Below are positions 23,152-24,000 of a DNA stretch of 24,000 nucleotides, in pieces. Both the position numbers and the translations under genes were made by a program. The DNA lies in assembly GCA_043778525.1 (NCBI GenBank), contig JAYWGA010000020.1:7317-31316 (forward strand). The letters are read 5' to 3'. A model generated the notes under the pieces. That model was not told where the DNA came from. It worked only from the letters and a program-made list of their open reading frames with translations, and searched no databases. Numbering within the stretch: the first letter of the stretch is position 1; each line of letters starts with the position of its first letter. This stretch comes from a bacterium. Lineage in GTDB: Bacteria; Patescibacteriota; Minisyncoccia; Phycocordibacterales; UBA5272.

Positions 23152-24000
23152 TTATGCAAAAGATTTTGCCATTACAGCATTAAATAACTCATCGACCATT
23201 TGAGTTGATTGAAGCTGCTTCTCTTTTTGAACTTCAATCCCCTTAACTAATTCCGCAAATTTATTTTGTAATTCAATTGGAGACAAAGAGATAATAAGAT
23301 TTTTTATAATAGTCGAATTCCATCCTTCCATGATTGCACCCTTAGAAACATTTCGAGTCTGTTTTCTAACCTCATTGTCAAAAAGTAACGATGCCCACAA
23401 ATAAACAGGGTTCAATCTTGTCTTGTTTGTGGTAATTACGCACAAGTGCTTAGTACTCATGCATTTTGGTAAATCATCTGGAGCAACCACAACTCTACCA
23501 ACAGTTCCCATTATCGTTACCAGTACATCACTAGGGTGAACTTGAAATTTTATAAATTTCTTGAATTTTTCTTCTGGGAGACATCTTTTATATGTCCATC
23601 TAAATTTATTCTTTACTACATTATCTATACCTAAAACAGGGACACCAACCTCTGTAAATTCATGGTGATGCAACTGGCTACCGAAAGGGCCTGTTCTTAT
23701 TGAGCTTTTATCAATGACTAAATTAACAATCTTATCTTTAGGATATGCTTCTTTGCTAAAAAAGTTTTCAAATAAATCAGTTACAAGATCTTCCATTTTC
23801 TTATTTGCCTCAGCTCTCTTATTTTTCAAATCCTCAGCTTCTTTAATAAGAGAAACGATTCGTTTCTGCTCATTCAGATCTGGATTACCTTTTGTATCTG
23901 TTGGAATAGGTACAGTGATTTTTTGTACATACACTTTTGAAATATGTTTAAGTCCTGCACCTTTAAATCCTGTATCTAATATGTGCTTGTTACTTAGTAA
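23152..24000 (-). CDS. hsdS: Type I restriction-modification specificity subunit HsdS, C-terminal part (5' end beyond the window)
   Basis: Central conserved region I.VPIP...EQKRIVSLIKEAEDLKNKR followed by a target-recognition domain (GPFGS...VPVLGIDNV...) and a C-terminal conserved helix (PIELQNKFAELVKGIEVQKEKQ). The frame stays open upstream of the track's GTG through position 24000 (LLSNKHILDTGFKGAGLKHISK...). Confidence 0.9.
   Translation of the reverse strand, partial: LLSNKHILDTGFKGAGLKHISKVYVQKITVPIPTDTKGNPDLNEQKRIVSLIKEAEDLKNKRAEANKKMEDLVTDLFENFFSKEAYPKDKIVNLVIDKSSIRTGPFGSQLHHHEFTEVGVPVLGIDNVVKNKFRWTYKRCLPEEKFKKFIKFQVHPSDVLVTIMGTVGRVVVAPDDLPKCMSTKHLCVITTNKTRLNPVYLWASLLFDNEVRKQTRNVSKGAIMEGWNSTIIKNLIISLSPIELQNKFAELVKGIEVQKEKQLQSTQMVDELFNAVMAKSFA

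Noticed and set aside
1-24000. CRISPR arrays, rRNA genes, transposases/IS elements
   Set aside because: I found no regularly spaced repeats and no rRNA-like conserved segments. No ORF carries DDE, serine- or tyrosine-recombinase motifs.

Overview
This is a low-GC bacterial chromosomal segment that uses the standard genetic code. Its style suggests a reduced-genome lineage such as Patescibacteria/CPR: a short IF-2, an AcyP-UppS fusion, many small proteins and almost no Shine-Dalgarno sites. That taxonomic call is inference only. The housekeeping backbone comprises a partial FAD-oxidase gene, tRNA-Arg(UCU), a YciB-like gene, def, tRNA-Leu(UAG), a HAD hydrolase, infB-rbfA-DUF192, a PBP4-like carboxypeptidase, ychF, acyP-uppS and a PAP2/haloperoxidase-like protein. 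Two accessory regions interrupt it. (1) At 2.5-5.8 kb, abutting the 3' end of tRNA-Leu, a RhuM-family gene is translationally coupled by an 8-nt overlap to a 717-aa AAA_13 ABC-type ATPase. That ATPase has a coiled-coil/CPFC zinc-hook insertion and a PrrC/RloC-like C-terminal R-x3-E...HH motif, so it is a candidate anticodon nuclease. (2) From about 14.2 kb to the window end lies a defence-island-like block. It contains a YgjP-like metallopeptidase and an orphan MazF/PemK-like toxin on a 543-bp insertion bracketed by a perfect 28-bp direct repeat. It also holds a polysaccharide deacetylase, a clear DpnI-type methyl-dependent restriction enzyme preceded by an unknown membrane/coiled-coil/wHTH-like protein, and a G+C-richer foreign patch. 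That patch carries a phage DUF5681-like gene, a small 2-TM protein and a ~200-nt structured leader with three copies of a 12-mer that can form mutually exclusive helices. The block ends with a 1421-aa NACHT/STAND NTPase with an Mrr-like N-terminal nuclease module that starts 3 nt after the stop of a partial type I R-M hsdS gene. The most promising candidates for something undescribed are the hsdS-linked STAND gene together with the downstream leader RNA and small membrane protein, and the RhuM/RloC-like pair. A window-wide pattern of extended -10 promoters 6-7 nt upstream of ATG implies mostly leaderless mRNAs. All homology statements come from motif recognition by eye; no searches were run.
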